DNA of 64,000 bases from an uncultured Candidatus Saccharibacteria bacterium. GTDB taxonomy: Bacteria > Patescibacteriota > Saccharimonadia > Saccharimonadales > CAIOMD01. Under the pieces are notes generated by a model that had not been told where the DNA came from, ran no database searches, and saw only the letters and a program-made list of their open reading frames with translations. The stretch covers positions 708,284 to 772,283 of the forward strand of contig OY970318.1 of assembly GCA_963716565.1 (NCBI GenBank), read 5' to 3'. The position numbers were made by a program, and so were the translations under genes. Below are positions 26,875 to 37,593 of this stretch, piece after piece (the first letter of the stretch is position 1; every line of letters begins with the position of its first letter).

Positions 26875-27464
26875 GGCTTTACGAATATTGTTATTATCGC
26901 ACTAAAGGTTACGCCGCCGTTTACAATATCGGCGTTAACAGTAATTTGCTTGATCTGCATATTGCGACGGTTGAGTTCTACCTTTTGCAAAAAACTTATC
27001 ATGTTATCGTAGCTTATTGATAATCCACTGGCCGGCTCTAAGCTGAGCGAGACATCAATGCCCAATACTCCAGGCATGCCGTCTACGGCTTTTGCTTGTG
27101 TGACGGTCGAGCTGTTAGTGCTTTTTTGGCCTAGGCTAGAGCTAGGGAACTGAACGCTGGCGATTTTAATCCCAGTTTCATCGCCGATTTTGTATAGTTC
27201 GCTAACCGCTTGAGCTTGGTCTTTGCTTTTTGGCAAGACCTTTTGCATGACTTCGTTTAATTCGGCGTATTCTTCAAGATACTGCCTAGCCTGCAAATAT
27301 GACTGTTCGGCATTGTCGAACCCAATATTATCTAGCTTGGCTTGCACTAATTTATTGGCGCTGTTGCGCATTAGATAGTTGCTAACGAACAAGACTCCAC
27401 CCGTCAACACAATCACTAGTATTAGAACAATCAGGAGTAGTCGGTTTACCGTCTTGGCGGTCAT
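26871..27464 (-). CDS. pilO: PilO-like type IV pilus assembly protein
   Basis: N-terminal TM helix plus coiled coil plus ferredoxin-like C-terminus. Position after pilM and pilN, with overlapping stop/start codons. Confidence 0.6.
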   Translation of the reverse strand: MTAKTVNRLLLIVLILVIVLTGGVLFVSNYLMRNSANKLVQAKLDNIGFDNAEQSYLQARQYLEEYAELNEVMQKVLPKSKDQAQAVSELYKIGDETGIKIASVQFPSSSLGQKSTNSSTVTQAKAVDGMPGVLGIDVSLSLEPASGLSISYDNMISFLQKVELNRRNMQIKQITVNADIVNGGVTFSAIITIFVKP

Positions 27465-28084
27465 TGATTGCCTCCAGAAGATGACAATGAGTTTAAGAAA
27501 TAAAACGAAGAGTCGGTTTTAATAACTACCTTTATCGTGGCAGAACACGGATACTTAGCACTTAATCCTTCGGTTTGGGCCGTTACGGTTGTGCAGCTTG
27601 TTGATAATAAATCGGCTTTATCGAACAAGCCATTGGTAGGGTCGCTAATATTCACGAAAGCCAGGGTGGCAACATCACGGTTTATGGTTATAACATTTAG
27701 ATCTATGGCTGCTGATGTAGTAGTAGACAGAGTGATGCCACTTAAAACTGCTCCCTGCGGAATTATGCTGCCAATCTTTACAAACATTTTAGAAAATAAT
27801 AACTGGCGTTTAAGCAGCTGGGTTATGGTAATGAAGTTATTGGATAGGCCCTGGATGCTAGCTTGTGTCTCTTGCAAATCTTGGGAATCAATTCGAGCTT
27901 GAGTGATCTCGGCGGTTGCCTGCAGGCTTTTTGTATTGTGATTAATGTAGTATTGACCGAATACTGTCATTAAACCAATGGCTGTAATTACAACCCCGAC
28001 TGTCATTAGCCATTTTAGCAAGACGTAATTACGCCTGGCGTAGCCAACTTCTTGGCGCATGTAATCGGGCATTAAATTTATCAT
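27461..28084 (-). CDS. pilN: PilN-like type IV pilus assembly protein
   Basis: Starts MINLMPD (the PilN INLLP motif) in an ATGA overlap with the pilM stop, followed by a single TM helix. Confidence 0.7.
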   Translation of the reverse strand: MINLMPDYMRQEVGYARRNYVLLKWLMTVGVVITAIGLMTVFGQYYINHNTKSLQATAEITQARIDSQDLQETQASIQGLSNNFITITQLLKRQLLFSKMFVKIGSIIPQGAVLSGITLSTTTSAAIDLNVITINRDVATLAFVNISDPTNGLFDKADLLSTSCTTVTAQTEGLSAKYPCSATIKVVIKTDSSFYFLNSLSSSGGNQ

Positions 28085-29142
28085 TTCCAGATCTCCCTTG
28101 GATTGATCATTGATAAACCTGCTGCGGTAATATACATAGATTTTTCGACTTCGTTTGGCGGTTGCAAATGGCCAAAGTCTAAATCTGTCCATGGGTCGCA
28201 CATTCGACAAGCTAGCCTTAACTCGTTGGTCAGATATTCCGAAAGGCCTGGCATATTTGCTCCGCCACCCATGGTGATAATCTGTTTGATTCTGTCTTCA
28301 CTGCCAGTACGCTCATTGTAATAGCGAATCATTTTGCGCAATTCTTTACTTAAAGAAGTTAGGATTGGTTCTAGAGATTCTTCAACTTCGTGTTGTTTCT
28401 TGCTTACTCCCAGGCCGTACTTAGTTTTGATGGTGTGGGCTACCTGTTTGCTGACATCTAACTTTTTGCTGATTAGTTCGGTAAAAGTTTCGCCACCTCC
28501 GGTAACAGTTCCTGTTACAATCAGCTGTTTTTCGTAAATGGTCATATCTACCGAAGAAGATCCAAAATCGATTAATATTGTTGGTACATCGTTTAGCTCG
28601 GTCTGGCCCACGAGCCGGCTAGATGCGCTAATGGTGGTTTCCAAAACCCCAATATCGATGTTGACTAGTTTTGCAAAAGATACATAAGAATCAATAATTT
28701 TTTTTGGTACGGCCGTAACTAATAGCTCAAGATTGTCTTTAAGCGCCGAAGTAATGTTGTAATCAATGTAGAGGTCGTCGATTGGCACGGGGATGTATTG
28801 AGCAGCCTCGGATTTAACAGCTTCTGAAAGGTCCTTGACATTCATTTTAGGCAGAGTCATGACTCGGTTATAAGTTTTAGCTACAGGTACACTTAAGGCT
28901 GCCCGCCTGGTAGTTATTCCGCCAATCAAGTTCTTTTCGAATAGATGCTTAACTGCCTTAGCTAGGGGTTCTGGATTTTCAATTACGCTATCACTCATCA
29001 CCGAAGGGTCATAGTTAATCGCACCATAGCCAACAACTCTTTGTTTTCGGCCGGCCTTAACAATCTGCATGACCTTAACGCTGCTTGAGCCGATATCCAG
29101 ACCAAACAGGGGTTCGTCTTTATAAAATAACTTGGAGTTCAT
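28081..29142 (-). CDS. pilM: Type IV pilus assembly protein PilM (actin-like ATPase fold)
   Basis: GLDIGSSSVKVMQ N-terminus, a second phosphate motif DFGSSSVD, and GGGANMPGL. Confidence 0.9.
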   Translation of the reverse strand: MNSKLFYKDEPLFGLDIGSSSVKVMQIVKAGRKQRVVGYGAINYDPSVMSDSVIENPEPLAKAVKHLFEKNLIGGITTRRAALSVPVAKTYNRVMTLPKMNVKDLSEAVKSEAAQYIPVPIDDLYIDYNITSALKDNLELLVTAVPKKIIDSYVSFAKLVNIDIGVLETTISASSRLVGQTELNDVPTILIDFGSSSVDMTIYEKQLIVTGTVTGGGETFTELISKKLDVSKQVAHTIKTKYGLGVSKKQHEVEESLEPILTSLSKELRKMIRYYNERTGSEDRIKQIITMGGGANMPGLSEYLTNELRLACRMCDPWTDLDFGHLQPPNEVEKSMYITAAGLSMINPREIWK

Positions 29143-29212
29143 GTTTATCTAAAGCCCACCTTATATTCTTCTAAAATATACCATATCCTTATGCTTGAGC
29201 GCTATCCAAAGC

Positions 29213-30589
29213 TTAAGTCGGATCCCTTTGATATTGTGAAATAACCCAATAGGCGTCACCGGTTCCAGGGCTAACGGTTGTACCGAAGGTAATCGTACCG
29301 CTATTTTGCAGTTCAACAGTTTGGCCCACCAGAGCGCCAATGGCGCCAGTGTTACATACTTGGACTAATGACCAGCGAGCATAAAAAACTGTATTACTTG
29401 CTCCACCTGAATTATCTAGATCCAAAGTCTTTACGCTACGGGAGTTAAATAAATCCATGCCAGTAACACTGCTACAATCCGGCGAACAGCTAGCTGCGCT
29501 CCAATAACTTATCACTTGTGCGCCAGTGGCGCTTGAATTGCTAACTATGGACGAGCCGTTACTAAAGGTTGTGTTTTGACCGTCAATCATAATATTAGGC
29601 CGAGTTGTTCCCAGTGTGTTGCTGATAATTATCTGTCCAGAATTAGCCATAGATAAGGTGCCGGTTATCCAGACATCTCCAAGAATAGTAACCTTGCAGG
29701 TTTTGTTGATTGTTACGTTGCCAGTAATCTTAACGTTAGCTGGCCAAGTTTTAGTTCCATTGTTGGTGGTACAAGACGCCGCCGCTCCAGTTAAGTTGTT
29801 TACGGCTGCTGCTTTTTGGGCTACTCGGTCATGGTCTGGCATAGTGCCTGGTAATACACCACTTGAGGCGACAAGCCCGGGTGTTGACATGCCAGCACCA
29901 CTCGTTTGGTTATTAGCCTTTACGGTGCCGAATATCTTAGCACTGTTGCTAATAGAAATTGGCTGCCCATTTTCGGCAGGGTTGCAAACACGAGGATAGT
30001 TTGCATCGGCTGGTACCGGGCAATTTTGATGGGCAACATCAATGTTGACTGGGTTATTGCTTAAACCTATTTGGGAAGTATTAGACATCTCGACTTCGCC
30101 GTTTACCAGCACGTCGCCACCTAATATTTTAGAGCTGTTGCGCATATATAAACCGCCCACTCCGGTGACAATGCTATATGTACCGCCACTACGTACGGCT
30201 CTTAGGGTGGCTTGTATAATAATGGTGCTTTTTGGCTCGGTTTGAGAGCTAGGGCTATAGCTACGACCAGTCGAAGTCACTAGTTTATGATCGCTATCAA
30301 CATCGGTGACCGAAACTTCGTAAGTTGTTCTTAAATCGGTGGCATCTTGTAGGGTTATAGGTGCAGTTGTGCCTACCCAGCTGTCGTCTTCGCTGATTTG
30401 GAATAAGGCATAATCTACGCCAGCATCGGCACTAAATTGGGCATATGTTCTGTTCTGATCTTTTTTAGCTATCGTAAAACTAGACATAGTTAAGGTTAAG
30501 AAGCTAACAGTTAGAAATATTAAAAAGGGCAGGATTATGATTATTGAAACTAAAACCATGCCTCGCTGGTTTGGCCTAAGTATTTTCAT
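29213..30589 (-). CDS. Large PilX-N-domain minor pilin-like protein with repeat-rich C-terminal region (candidate tip adhesin)
   Basis: N-terminus RPNQRGMVLVSIIIILPFLIFL resembles the PilX N-terminal domain. C-terminal Gly/Asn/Thr-rich repeats (ITGNVTINKTCKVTILGDVWITGTL) are suggestive of a beta-helix. Confidence 0.6.
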   Translation of the reverse strand: MKILRPNQRGMVLVSIIIILPFLIFLTVSFLTLTMSSFTIAKKDQNRTYAQFSADAGVDYALFQISEDDSWVGTTAPITLQDATDLRTTYEVSVTDVDSDHKLVTSTGRSYSPSSQTEPKSTIIIQATLRAVRSGGTYSIVTGVGGLYMRNSSKILGGDVLVNGEVEMSNTSQIGLSNNPVNIDVAHQNCPVPADANYPRVCNPAENGQPISISNSAKIFGTVKANNQTSGAGMSTPGLVASSGVLPGTMPDHDRVAQKAAAVNNLTGAAASCTTNNGTKTWPANVKITGNVTINKTCKVTILGDVWITGTLSMANSGQIIISNTLGTTRPNIMIDGQNTTFSNGSSIVSNSSATGAQVISYWSAASCSPDCSSVTGMDLFNSRSVKTLDLDNSGGASNTVFYARWSLVQVCNTGAIGALVGQTVELQNSGTITFGTTVSPGTGDAYWVISQYQRDPT

Positions 30590-30590
30590 A

Positions 30591-31259
30591 CTAGATGGTA
30601 TTCCTTAAGGTTATGCGCATGTTATTGTCGGTCCTAATAGGTTCGCCAAAAGTGTCTCTTGCAAGTGATACAAATATATTTATTGACCTAGCTAATAATG
30701 GGTCTGTTGTGGGGGCGTTGTCTTGATCAAACAACTGAAAAATGACTGAATCAATACCGTCTACTAGCTTAATATCTGATGAACAGGTTGGGCTTACTTG
30801 ATCGGGCGGGCAGGTGGTACTAGCAGCGTTGCCGCTGGCGTTAGTGTCGGCTAGTACTCGTTTATATAAGTCGCCACCGCTTTTATAATATACATACTCG
30901 TTTTTGTAAGCCGAGCCGGTTTCGGTGTCGATAATATAATTGTTGTTGGTATCTTTAACCGGAACAGCAATTACTATTACAAATTCGTCATTATTGGTGT
31001 TCCAGCCGGATGGCATATTGGGGTCGGCTATTGTGTTTGCTTGCCTAATACCTGCGCCATAGCGTAATTCTTCTACCATACTACGCAGTAAATTCTGGCT
31101 GTCGGCTGTCATTTCAACATACAAGTTATTCCTAGTTATCAAGACAAAATAATTAGTAAAGATTGCACTAACCGTTAATAATACCAAGGTGCCGACCACT
31201 AGTGTTACGTTCAGCTCGGCGAGCGTAAAACCCTTAAAATTCAACTTAATATTGGCCAA
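30591..31259 (-). CDS. Minor pilin (PilW-like) with prepilin-type leader
   Basis: Prepilin leader and cleavage motif NFKGFTLAELNV followed by a hydrophobic helix. Confidence 0.7.
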   Translation of the reverse strand: MANIKLNFKGFTLAELNVTLVVGTLVLLTVSAIFTNYFVLITRNNLYVEMTADSQNLLRSMVEELRYGAGIRQANTIADPNMPSGWNTNNDEFVIVIAVPVKDTNNNYIIDTETGSAYKNEYVYYKSGGDLYKRVLADTNASGNAASTTCPPDQVSPTCSSDIKLVDGIDSVIFQLFDQDNAPTTDPLLARSINIFVSLARDTFGEPIRTDNNMRITLRNTI

Positions 31260-31653
31260 CGCCTAATTCTCCTACGTAAGTTTGATAGCTATAAGTTCTG
31301 GGTGCACCATTTTCGTTATAAGTGATAGAGACGACTGCGCTTTTTAAACCGGATTCAGCCGAGCTAATCTGTAAGCTTGCACTCTTGGGCGCATACAAAT
31401 CAGAAGGCAACTCGTTGCTGATATCTGTCGTTCCGTCCACAATGCTTAAAAAGCCAGCGCTTCTTAAGGCTTCTATTTTGTTTTCAACAAAAGAGTTCGC
31501 CAGCATTAAGCTGCGAGCTTTGTGGCTTTGAGCCAAGTGGGTCAGGTAAATGGAGTTAATGCTAACAACCAAAATAGTCACAACTAACATCGAAACGAGC
31601 AATTCGACAATAGTGAAGCCTTTTTCTTTGTTAGCGATACTGGTATTAGACAT
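31246..31653 (-). CDS. Minor pilin (PilV-like) with prepilin-type leader
   Basis: NKEKGFTIVELLVSMLV class III signal. Confidence 0.75.
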   Translation of the reverse strand: MSNTSIANKEKGFTIVELLVSMLVVTILVVSINSIYLTHLAQSHKARSLMLANSFVENKIEALRSAGFLSIVDGTTDISNELPSDLYAPKSASLQISSAESGLKSAVVSITYNENGAPRTYSYQTYVGELGVGQY

Positions 31654-31718
31654 GCTTACGCTTAATCATAACAAAAACGGACCAGCTTTGGTCCGTTTTT
31701 GTTATTTAGCTAGAATTG

Positions 31719-32225
31719 CTAGTTCAAACTATTCTTAACGTAGGTGGTTTCGCCACTGATTTCACCCTCTAGGGTTGCTGTCAGAATATATTTGTCGCAA
31801 ACAGTGCCAGCGTTTCCGGTGCAGTCTGAGGTAGCGCCTTCTCCATCAACGTTCAATGCTTCATAGGCATAAGAATTTGCTGCTACATCGGCTACTAGGG
31901 CGCATCCGCTTTGGCTATCCTCTGTGGTGTTAGGATCACAAAGGGCGGCTTCATCTAAGCCCTTCATATTGGTCGTTCGCCAGGCAGCAGTATTTAAATC
32001 AGCTAGAACTGGGTAGCCAGCACCGTTTTGGGCATAATATGCCTCTAGCTGGCTGTGCAAAGCTTTAATATCTGTCTGACGTTCGGTATCGCGAGCTTTC
32101 TGTTGGATGCCACTAAACGTGACAATAACCAATGCTGCCAATATACCAATGACAACGATTACAATTAATAGTTCCACGATGGTGAAACCAGATTCTCTTG
32201 CTTTCTTTATACTCATTTTACCCAT
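31719..32225 (-). CDS. pilA: Major type IV pilin (PilA-like)
   Basis: ARESGFTIVELLIVIVVIGILAALV prepilin motif with Glu+5. 168 aa, preceded by a long 5' intergenic region. Confidence 0.85.
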   Translation of the reverse strand: MGKMSIKKARESGFTIVELLIVIVVIGILAALVIVTFSGIQQKARDTERQTDIKALHSQLEAYYAQNGAGYPVLADLNTAAWRTTNMKGLDEAALCDPNTTEDSQSGCALVADVAANSYAYEALNVDGEGATSDCTGNAGTVCDKYILTATLEGEISGETTYVKNSLN

Positions 32226-32438
32226 CCCTTTATTATTTAATTTGATAACTTAGTTTATACATTAAAACTCTTATGCTTTCAATGACAATTTTGTAATATT
32301 TGATGCTAGTCGGGTGTTTTTATCTAGCCCCCTTTGATTTATTTTAATGTTTAGCGTCAATCAGAGTCATTAGCACTCTTTAATGGATTATTAAGCATAA
32401 GCGTAAAATAGTCAAGATTGCCTGGGGATAAGTTGGTC

Positions 32439-33656
32439 TTACCCACCGATGTTTTTGCTGAGCGACGAAATTGGCCCCATAACACTGGCAGCTATTAGGC
32501 CAACGGCGGCCCCCAGAATAACAATCATTATAGGTTCGATGAGCGAACTCATTCCATCAATGGCGGTATCGACCTCTTCTTCGTAAAAGTCAGCCACTTT
32601 TAGCAAAATCGTATCAATCTGGCCAGTTTCTTCGCCGACTGCTAACATTTGGGGAACAATCTTTGGAAAATACTTACTTTTACTTAGTGTTTCCGAAAGC
32701 TGTTTGCCGTTTTTAACTTCTTTGGCAGCTTCTTTTAGCTCGGCTTCAATAACTTTATTGCCAATCGCTGCACCGGTTACTTCTAGAGCTTCTAGTACGG
32801 CAACGCCAGCCGACATCAAAGAAGCAAAAGTCCGCGAAAATCGAGCGATAGCCATTTTGGTAATTATAGTTTTAATAACCGGCATTTTTAGCAGTAACAA
32901 ATTAAAATTATATTTGCCTTTCGGCGTTTTAATGTATCGCTTTATGCCGTAGATTATCACTAGCATTACAACAACCATGATTAAGGCGTTCTTCTGTACA
33001 AAAGCGGATGCGTCTAGCATTATTTCGGAATAAATTGGCAACTTAGCATCTGGCCCGCCCAAGTCTTTTATAATTTTGCCGATTTTGGGCATGATAAATA
33101 TCATGATTCCAAAAAAGCCAGCCATCGTTATGAAGCCGACTACCTTGGGGTACATCGTAGCGCTCTTCATTTTTTTACGCATGCTGGCATCTTTTTCTAC
33201 CTGGGTAGCTAAGCGCTTTAAGATGTCGTCTAAGATACCCCCAGCTTCACCGGCTCTAACCATGTTGACGTAAACTTCCGAAAACACTTGTGGGTATTTG
33301 GCCATAGCGTCGCCAATAGCCATGCCACCTTCTACATCCTTGCCTATGCCCGCGATAACCGTTTTAAAATATTTGTCGTTGGACTGATCTTGCAGGGTAG
33401 CCAAGGACCTGTTTAATGGTACGCCAGCCGATATCATGGTAGACAACTGGCGGGTAAAAATAACTATCTCCTTAAGCTTGACCTTTTTATTCTTACTAAA
33501 GAGCTCAATGCTAAATTCTTTTTGAGGTTTAATTACCAATGGTCTTAATTCTTGGCGACGTAGACTTTCTAATAGAGCTTGGCGGCTGGCTGCCTCGGCC
33601 GTGCCGGTAACGGTTTTGTTTTCTTTAGTTATGGCGGTGTAGCTGAATTTGGCCAT
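32439..33656 (-). CDS. pilC: Type IV pilus platform protein PilC (GspF family)
   Basis: Two GspF repeats in 405 aa, with three TM segments. Confidence 0.92.
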   Translation of the reverse strand: MAKFSYTAITKENKTVTGTAEAASRQALLESLRRQELRPLVIKPQKEFSIELFSKNKKVKLKEIVIFTRQLSTMISAGVPLNRSLATLQDQSNDKYFKTVIAGIGKDVEGGMAIGDAMAKYPQVFSEVYVNMVRAGEAGGILDDILKRLATQVEKDASMRKKMKSATMYPKVVGFITMAGFFGIMIFIMPKIGKIIKDLGGPDAKLPIYSEIMLDASAFVQKNALIMVVVMLVIIYGIKRYIKTPKGKYNFNLLLLKMPVIKTIITKMAIARFSRTFASLMSAGVAVLEALEVTGAAIGNKVIEAELKEAAKEVKNGKQLSETLSKSKYFPKIVPQMLAVGEETGQIDTILLKVADFYEEEVDTAIDGMSSLIEPIMIVILGAAVGLIAASVMGPISSLSKNIGG

Positions 33657-33660
33657 ATAA

Positions 33661-35472
33661 TTATTCTTCTACCGTTACGCGCAATATTTCTTCTACGGTG
33701 GTTTGACCGCGCAGAGCTTTTATAAAACCATCGAGTTGCATAGTAACCATTCCGTCTTTTATGGCTTGGTTTTGAATGATTTCGCTAGTAGCGTTACCAA
33801 CAATCAACTTTTGGATTTCTGAAGAATTATCTAAGGCTTCGTAGATGCCAATTCGCCCGCGATAACCGTTATGATTGCATTCATTGCAGCCTTCGGGGTT
33901 GGCGCTCCATAACTTTACTATTTTCGACGCAGTAGTAGATAGCTCAGCCGTTGCCTTAGAATTCCCAACAGCTTTACCAATGCCACCCGCTAGAGCCTTT
34001 TCTTCTAGCTGGTGTATGCGTTGTATAGCGGTTGCGTCTTTGATGTTAAAGCTCTCGTAAACTTGTTTGAGTGTGGCAGCATCAGGCTCGTAAGATTTGC
34101 GGCATGATGGGCAAAGGCGTCTAACTAAACGTTGGCCAACCACAGCCCTTACAGTTGAAGCAATCAAAAAGGGCTCAATATTCATATCTAACAAGCGGGG
34201 CAAACAGGTGGCGGCGTTGTTGGTGTGCAGGGTAGCAAAAACTAAGTGGCCGGTTAAGGCGGCTTGCACAGCTAGGTTGGCGGTTTCGGTATCGCGAATC
34301 TCACCTACCATAATAATGTTGGGGTCTTGGCGTAGTAGTGCCCTTAAGCCAGTAGCAAAAGTCATGCCAGCTTGCGGATTAACCTGGGTTTGGTTAGCGC
34401 CAATAATTTTATATTCAATTGGATCTTCGATAGTAGAAATATTAACTTCGGGTTTGTTTAAAATGCTTAGAATACTGAACAAGCTCGTAGACTTACCAGA
34501 ACCGGTTGGACCGGTTAACAAAACCATACCATGTGGCTGAACGATGGCCTGGTTTATGGTGTCTAATGAGGCGCCCCAATAACCAAGATCTTCTAAAGTT
34601 AAGGCCTTTGAGCCTTCACTTAAGATACGCATAACCACTTTTTCGCCTTCGGCGATTGGTAGGGTTGAAACCCTCAAGGCGTACAGGGAACTATTGAGTT
34701 CAATCTTAAAGCGGCCGTCTTGAGGTACGCGGCGTTCATCGATTTTTAAATTAGACAGAATCTTAATGCGTGATATCAAAGCGCCATGGACTTTTTTAGG
34801 TAATTTATTAACCTCTTTTAAAATACCATCCACACGGTAGCGCACCGAAACGTAGTCTTCGCGCGGTTCTATGTGTACGTCTGAAGCGCCAACCTTAATA
34901 GCGCCCTCTATAAGCAGATTAACTGTTTGCGAGATAGGCGAATCTTCGGCTAAATCTTCTTCGTCGTAATCTTCGTCTTTTTCTTGGGCTTGTTCTTCGT
35001 CTTGGGCCGAAATTACTTGAGTGATCTCACTGCTAATATTTTCGCGGTATTGATCGATCGACTGCAAAATATTGCTTCGGGTAGCAATAAATACTTTTAA
35101 TTCGGTGCCCAGCTGTTTTTGCAAAAAGCTAATAGCCTGAACGTCGTCGGGGTCTTCCATGGCCAGCATTTTTGTGCCATTTTCTTCTACATTAAAGACT
35201 ATAACGTTATACTGGCGGGCAATGCGTTCGGGTATTAAGTGCAGAGTTTCTTTTTTAATATCCTTGGGGTTAATTTCTACAAACGGCACTTCTATTTCTA
35301 GGGCGTAAAGTTGGGTTAAATCTTTTTCGCTTACAGCATTACTAGCAATAACCACTTCTTGCAGGGGCTTTTTTTCGTTGCGGGCTTGGTCTTTTAAACT
35401 ACTAAGCTGATCGGCGCTAAGTTTGCCGGTTTTCTTGAGTAGTTTTTCAATTAAATTATCAGACACTCGCAT
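33661..35472 (-). CDS. pilB: Type IV pilus assembly ATPase PilB (GspE family)
   Basis: Walker A GPTGSGKST, Asp and His boxes, tetracysteine CPSC...CNEC motif, N-terminal GSPII domain. Confidence 0.95.
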   Translation of the reverse strand: MRVSDNLIEKLLKKTGKLSADQLSSLKDQARNEKKPLQEVVIASNAVSEKDLTQLYALEIEVPFVEINPKDIKKETLHLIPERIARQYNVIVFNVEENGTKMLAMEDPDDVQAISFLQKQLGTELKVFIATRSNILQSIDQYRENISSEITQVISAQDEEQAQEKDEDYDEEDLAEDSPISQTVNLLIEGAIKVGASDVHIEPREDYVSVRYRVDGILKEVNKLPKKVHGALISRIKILSNLKIDERRVPQDGRFKIELNSSLYALRVSTLPIAEGEKVVMRILSEGSKALTLEDLGYWGASLDTINQAIVQPHGMVLLTGPTGSGKSTSLFSILSILNKPEVNISTIEDPIEYKIIGANQTQVNPQAGMTFATGLRALLRQDPNIIMVGEIRDTETANLAVQAALTGHLVFATLHTNNAATCLPRLLDMNIEPFLIASTVRAVVGQRLVRRLCPSCRKSYEPDAATLKQVYESFNIKDATAIQRIHQLEEKALAGGIGKAVGNSKATAELSTTASKIVKLWSANPEGCNECNHNGYRGRIGIYEALDNSSEIQKLIVGNATSEIIQNQAIKDGMVTMQLDGFIKALRGQTTVEEILRVTVEE

Positions 35473-35609
35473 GCTTACCTAATTATACACAACTAGCTTA
35501 AGCACTTTGTCATTAGTTTGCGAGTTAGCTAGTATTCAAGTTAGCAAGAGCCGATGCGCAAATCCGGTAGCGCGATCACTATTTCTTTCAGTCTTTCATT
35601 CCCGTTGCT

Positions 35610-36377
35610 TTAGTTATACCCTTTTGTTTTTGTGGCTAAAAAGAGCATAAACTGAGGGAAGTTGCTAAATTTCTCAAAATAATATGGATCTTCAGACTTA
35701 ACTTCTTCGATGGCTTGAGTCTCAACAAAATCGCTTACAATAAAACCGGCTTTTTTAAGTAGACGAAAATGCAGGCTTGGTGGCCCAATCCAAAAACGTA
35801 AAGTATCGCCCCGCTGAAAAGTAAATTCGCCTTGCTCAAATCTCATATAGCTACCATATAGATGAGGGTTGGATTTATCCTCGGAGAATCCTAGTACTCT
35901 TGACTTAACACCGTTTATTTCGATCTCCTCACCGGCCCATCTAGCTGGATGCGGAACCGAAAACTGAAACTGACCTCCATGTTTCAAAACTCTAAATACT
36001 TCTTTGTAGACTTTTAGAGGGTCTGGAGCATAATCCAGGGCCAAGCTACTATAAATGAAATCAAACGTTTCATCGCCAAATTGCAAATTGTTCATGTCGC
36101 CAAATTGAAAATCATGCTCGGGATATGTTTTTTTAGCTATGTCCAAGGAAACGCGGGAGACATCAATGCCCATAAGCTCTTTCGCGCCGTATTCTTTAAG
36201 GAGCTCTGACTCATCGCCCGTCCCGCATCCAATCATTAATACACGTTTGTTAGACAGCTCCGGCAGTAGACTTTTCATGGCGGGTTTTTCAATAAAAAAA
36301 TGCGATTTCATCTTCCCGCTTTTAATATCTGCCTGACGCTGAGTGGCGAAAGAATCATAATCATTTACTCTTCTCAT
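35610..36377 (-). CDS. Class I SAM-dependent methyltransferase
   Basis: Motif I VLMIGCGTGDE. I chose the start at MRRVNDYD, 6 nt after the extended -10 TGTTATACT. Confidence 0.8.
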   Translation of the reverse strand: MRRVNDYDSFATQRQADIKSGKMKSHFFIEKPAMKSLLPELSNKRVLMIGCGTGDESELLKEYGAKELMGIDVSRVSLDIAKKTYPEHDFQFGDMNNLQFGDETFDFIYSSLALDYAPDPLKVYKEVFRVLKHGGQFQFSVPHPARWAGEEIEINGVKSRVLGFSEDKSNPHLYGSYMRFEQGEFTFQRGDTLRFWIGPPSLHFRLLKKAGFIVSDFVETQAIEEVKSEDPYYFEKFSNFPQFMLFLATKTKGYN

Positions 36378-36482
36378 GTCACAAGTATAACAAAACGAAA
36401 AACACTGCAGATCTCTGGGGTAGCTCATTATTTGAGCTTTCTCTAACATCTATCGTCTATCATCTAACGACCAACATCTAAT

Positions 36483-36491
36483 TTGCTATAC
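36483..36491 (+). promoter_or_regulatory. Candidate extended -10 element upstream of recA
   Basis: TGcTATACT about 50 nt upstream of the recA ATG. A GGAGGG Shine-Dalgarno follows. Confidence 0.4.
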
Positions 36492-36540
36492 TTAACTTTA
36501 GTGGGCTTTACAAAGATTTTAACTGGAGGGTATATCTGTT

Positions 36541-37563
36541 ATGGCGGCCAAGAAAGAACCTAAAAAAATGGAATCAGTTGAACCTAGTGGCAAAAGCCAG
36601 GCCCTAAATTTGGCAGTAGACCAGATTAAGAAGCAGTTTGGCCAAGGCGCCATTATGCAACTGGGCGGTGAGTACAAAATTAATGTAGAAACTTTTTCGT
36701 CTGGTAGTTTGGGCTTGGATATTGCCTTGGGTGGCGGTTTGCCAAAGGGGCGCATTATAGAAATTTATGGCCCAGAAAGCAGCGGTAAAACCACGCTAGC
36801 CTTGCATGCTGTAGCTCAAGTTCAAAAAGCTGGCGGAACGGCCGCTTTTATTGATGCCGAAAACGCCTTAGACCCAGCTTATGCTGGCCGTATTGGTGTA
36901 GATGTTAGTAAATTTTTAGTTTCACAACCCGATAACGGTGAACAAGCTTTAGAAATTGTCGAAACTTTGGTGCGTTCTAATGCCGTAGATATTATTGTGG
37001 TAGATTCAGTAGCCGCGCTGGTACCGCAAGCCGAAATAGAAGGCGATATGGGTGATGCCCACATGGGTTTGCAAGCTCGCTTGATGAGCCAAGCACTTCG
37101 CAAACTAACCTCCATTATTAACAAAAGCAAATGTACGGTTATATTTATTAACCAATTGCGTATGAAGATTGGCATTATGTTTGGCAACCCCGAAACTACC
37201 ACCGGTGGAAACGCCTTAAAGTTTTATGCTTCGGTACGCTTAGATATTCGCCGTATTAGCCAAATTAAAAGCGGTGAAGAAGCTATTGGTAGCCGAGTGC
37301 GCGTTAAGGTTGTTAAAAACAAGATTGCCCCGCCTTTTAGAGAAGCCGAATTTGACGTGATGTTTAACCTAGGCATTAACACCACCGGCGAAGTTTTAGA
37401 CTTAGCGGTTAATCACGAAATCGTCCAAAAAGGTGGCGCTTGGTTTGAATACGAAGGTACTAAGTTAGGCCAAGGTCGCGAAGCTGCCAAGCAATATTTG
37501 TTAGATAACCCGGCAGTTCTAAAGAAAATCGAAGACCAAGTTCGTAAAAAAGTCACTGCTTAA
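36541..37563 (+). CDS. recA: Recombinase RecA
   Basis: Walker [10 protein letters not shown], and L1/L2 regions ([22 protein letters not shown]). Confidence 0.98.
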   Translation: MAAKKEPKKMESVEPSGKSQALNLAVDQIKKQFGQGAIMQLGGEYKINVETFSSGSLGLDIALGGGLPKGRIIEIYGPESSGKTTLALHAVAQVQKAGGTAAFIDAENALDPAYAGRIGVDVSKFLVSQPDNGEQALEIVETLVRSNAVDIIVVDSVAALVPQAEIEGDMGDAHMGLQARLMSQALRKLTSIINKSKCTVIFINQLRMKIGIMFGNPETTTGGNALKFYASVRLDIRRISQIKSGEEAIGSRVRVKVVKNKIAPPFREAEFDVMFNLGINTTGEVLDLAVNHEIVQKGGAWFEYEGTKLGQGREAAKQYLLDNPAVLKKIEDQVRKKVTA

Positions 37564-37593
37564 ACTGACGCATAAATGGCTTGAGGCTTGGCT

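Noticed and set aside
28085-28210. N-terminal 42 codons of the pilN ORF, the analogous extensions of 52695..52772 (GLUG protein), 62455..62547 (murB) and 18442..18600 (HD hydrolase), and the possibly extended 36378..36449 (methyltransferase)
   Set aside because: Except for the methyltransferase, the extensions overlap the upstream gene or RNA features. Internal starts match family N-termini (MINLMPD, a signal peptide after GGAGGG, MEFLTDN, MERRLGEL). The methyltransferase call at 36377 rests only on the adjacent extended -10 and is less certain.
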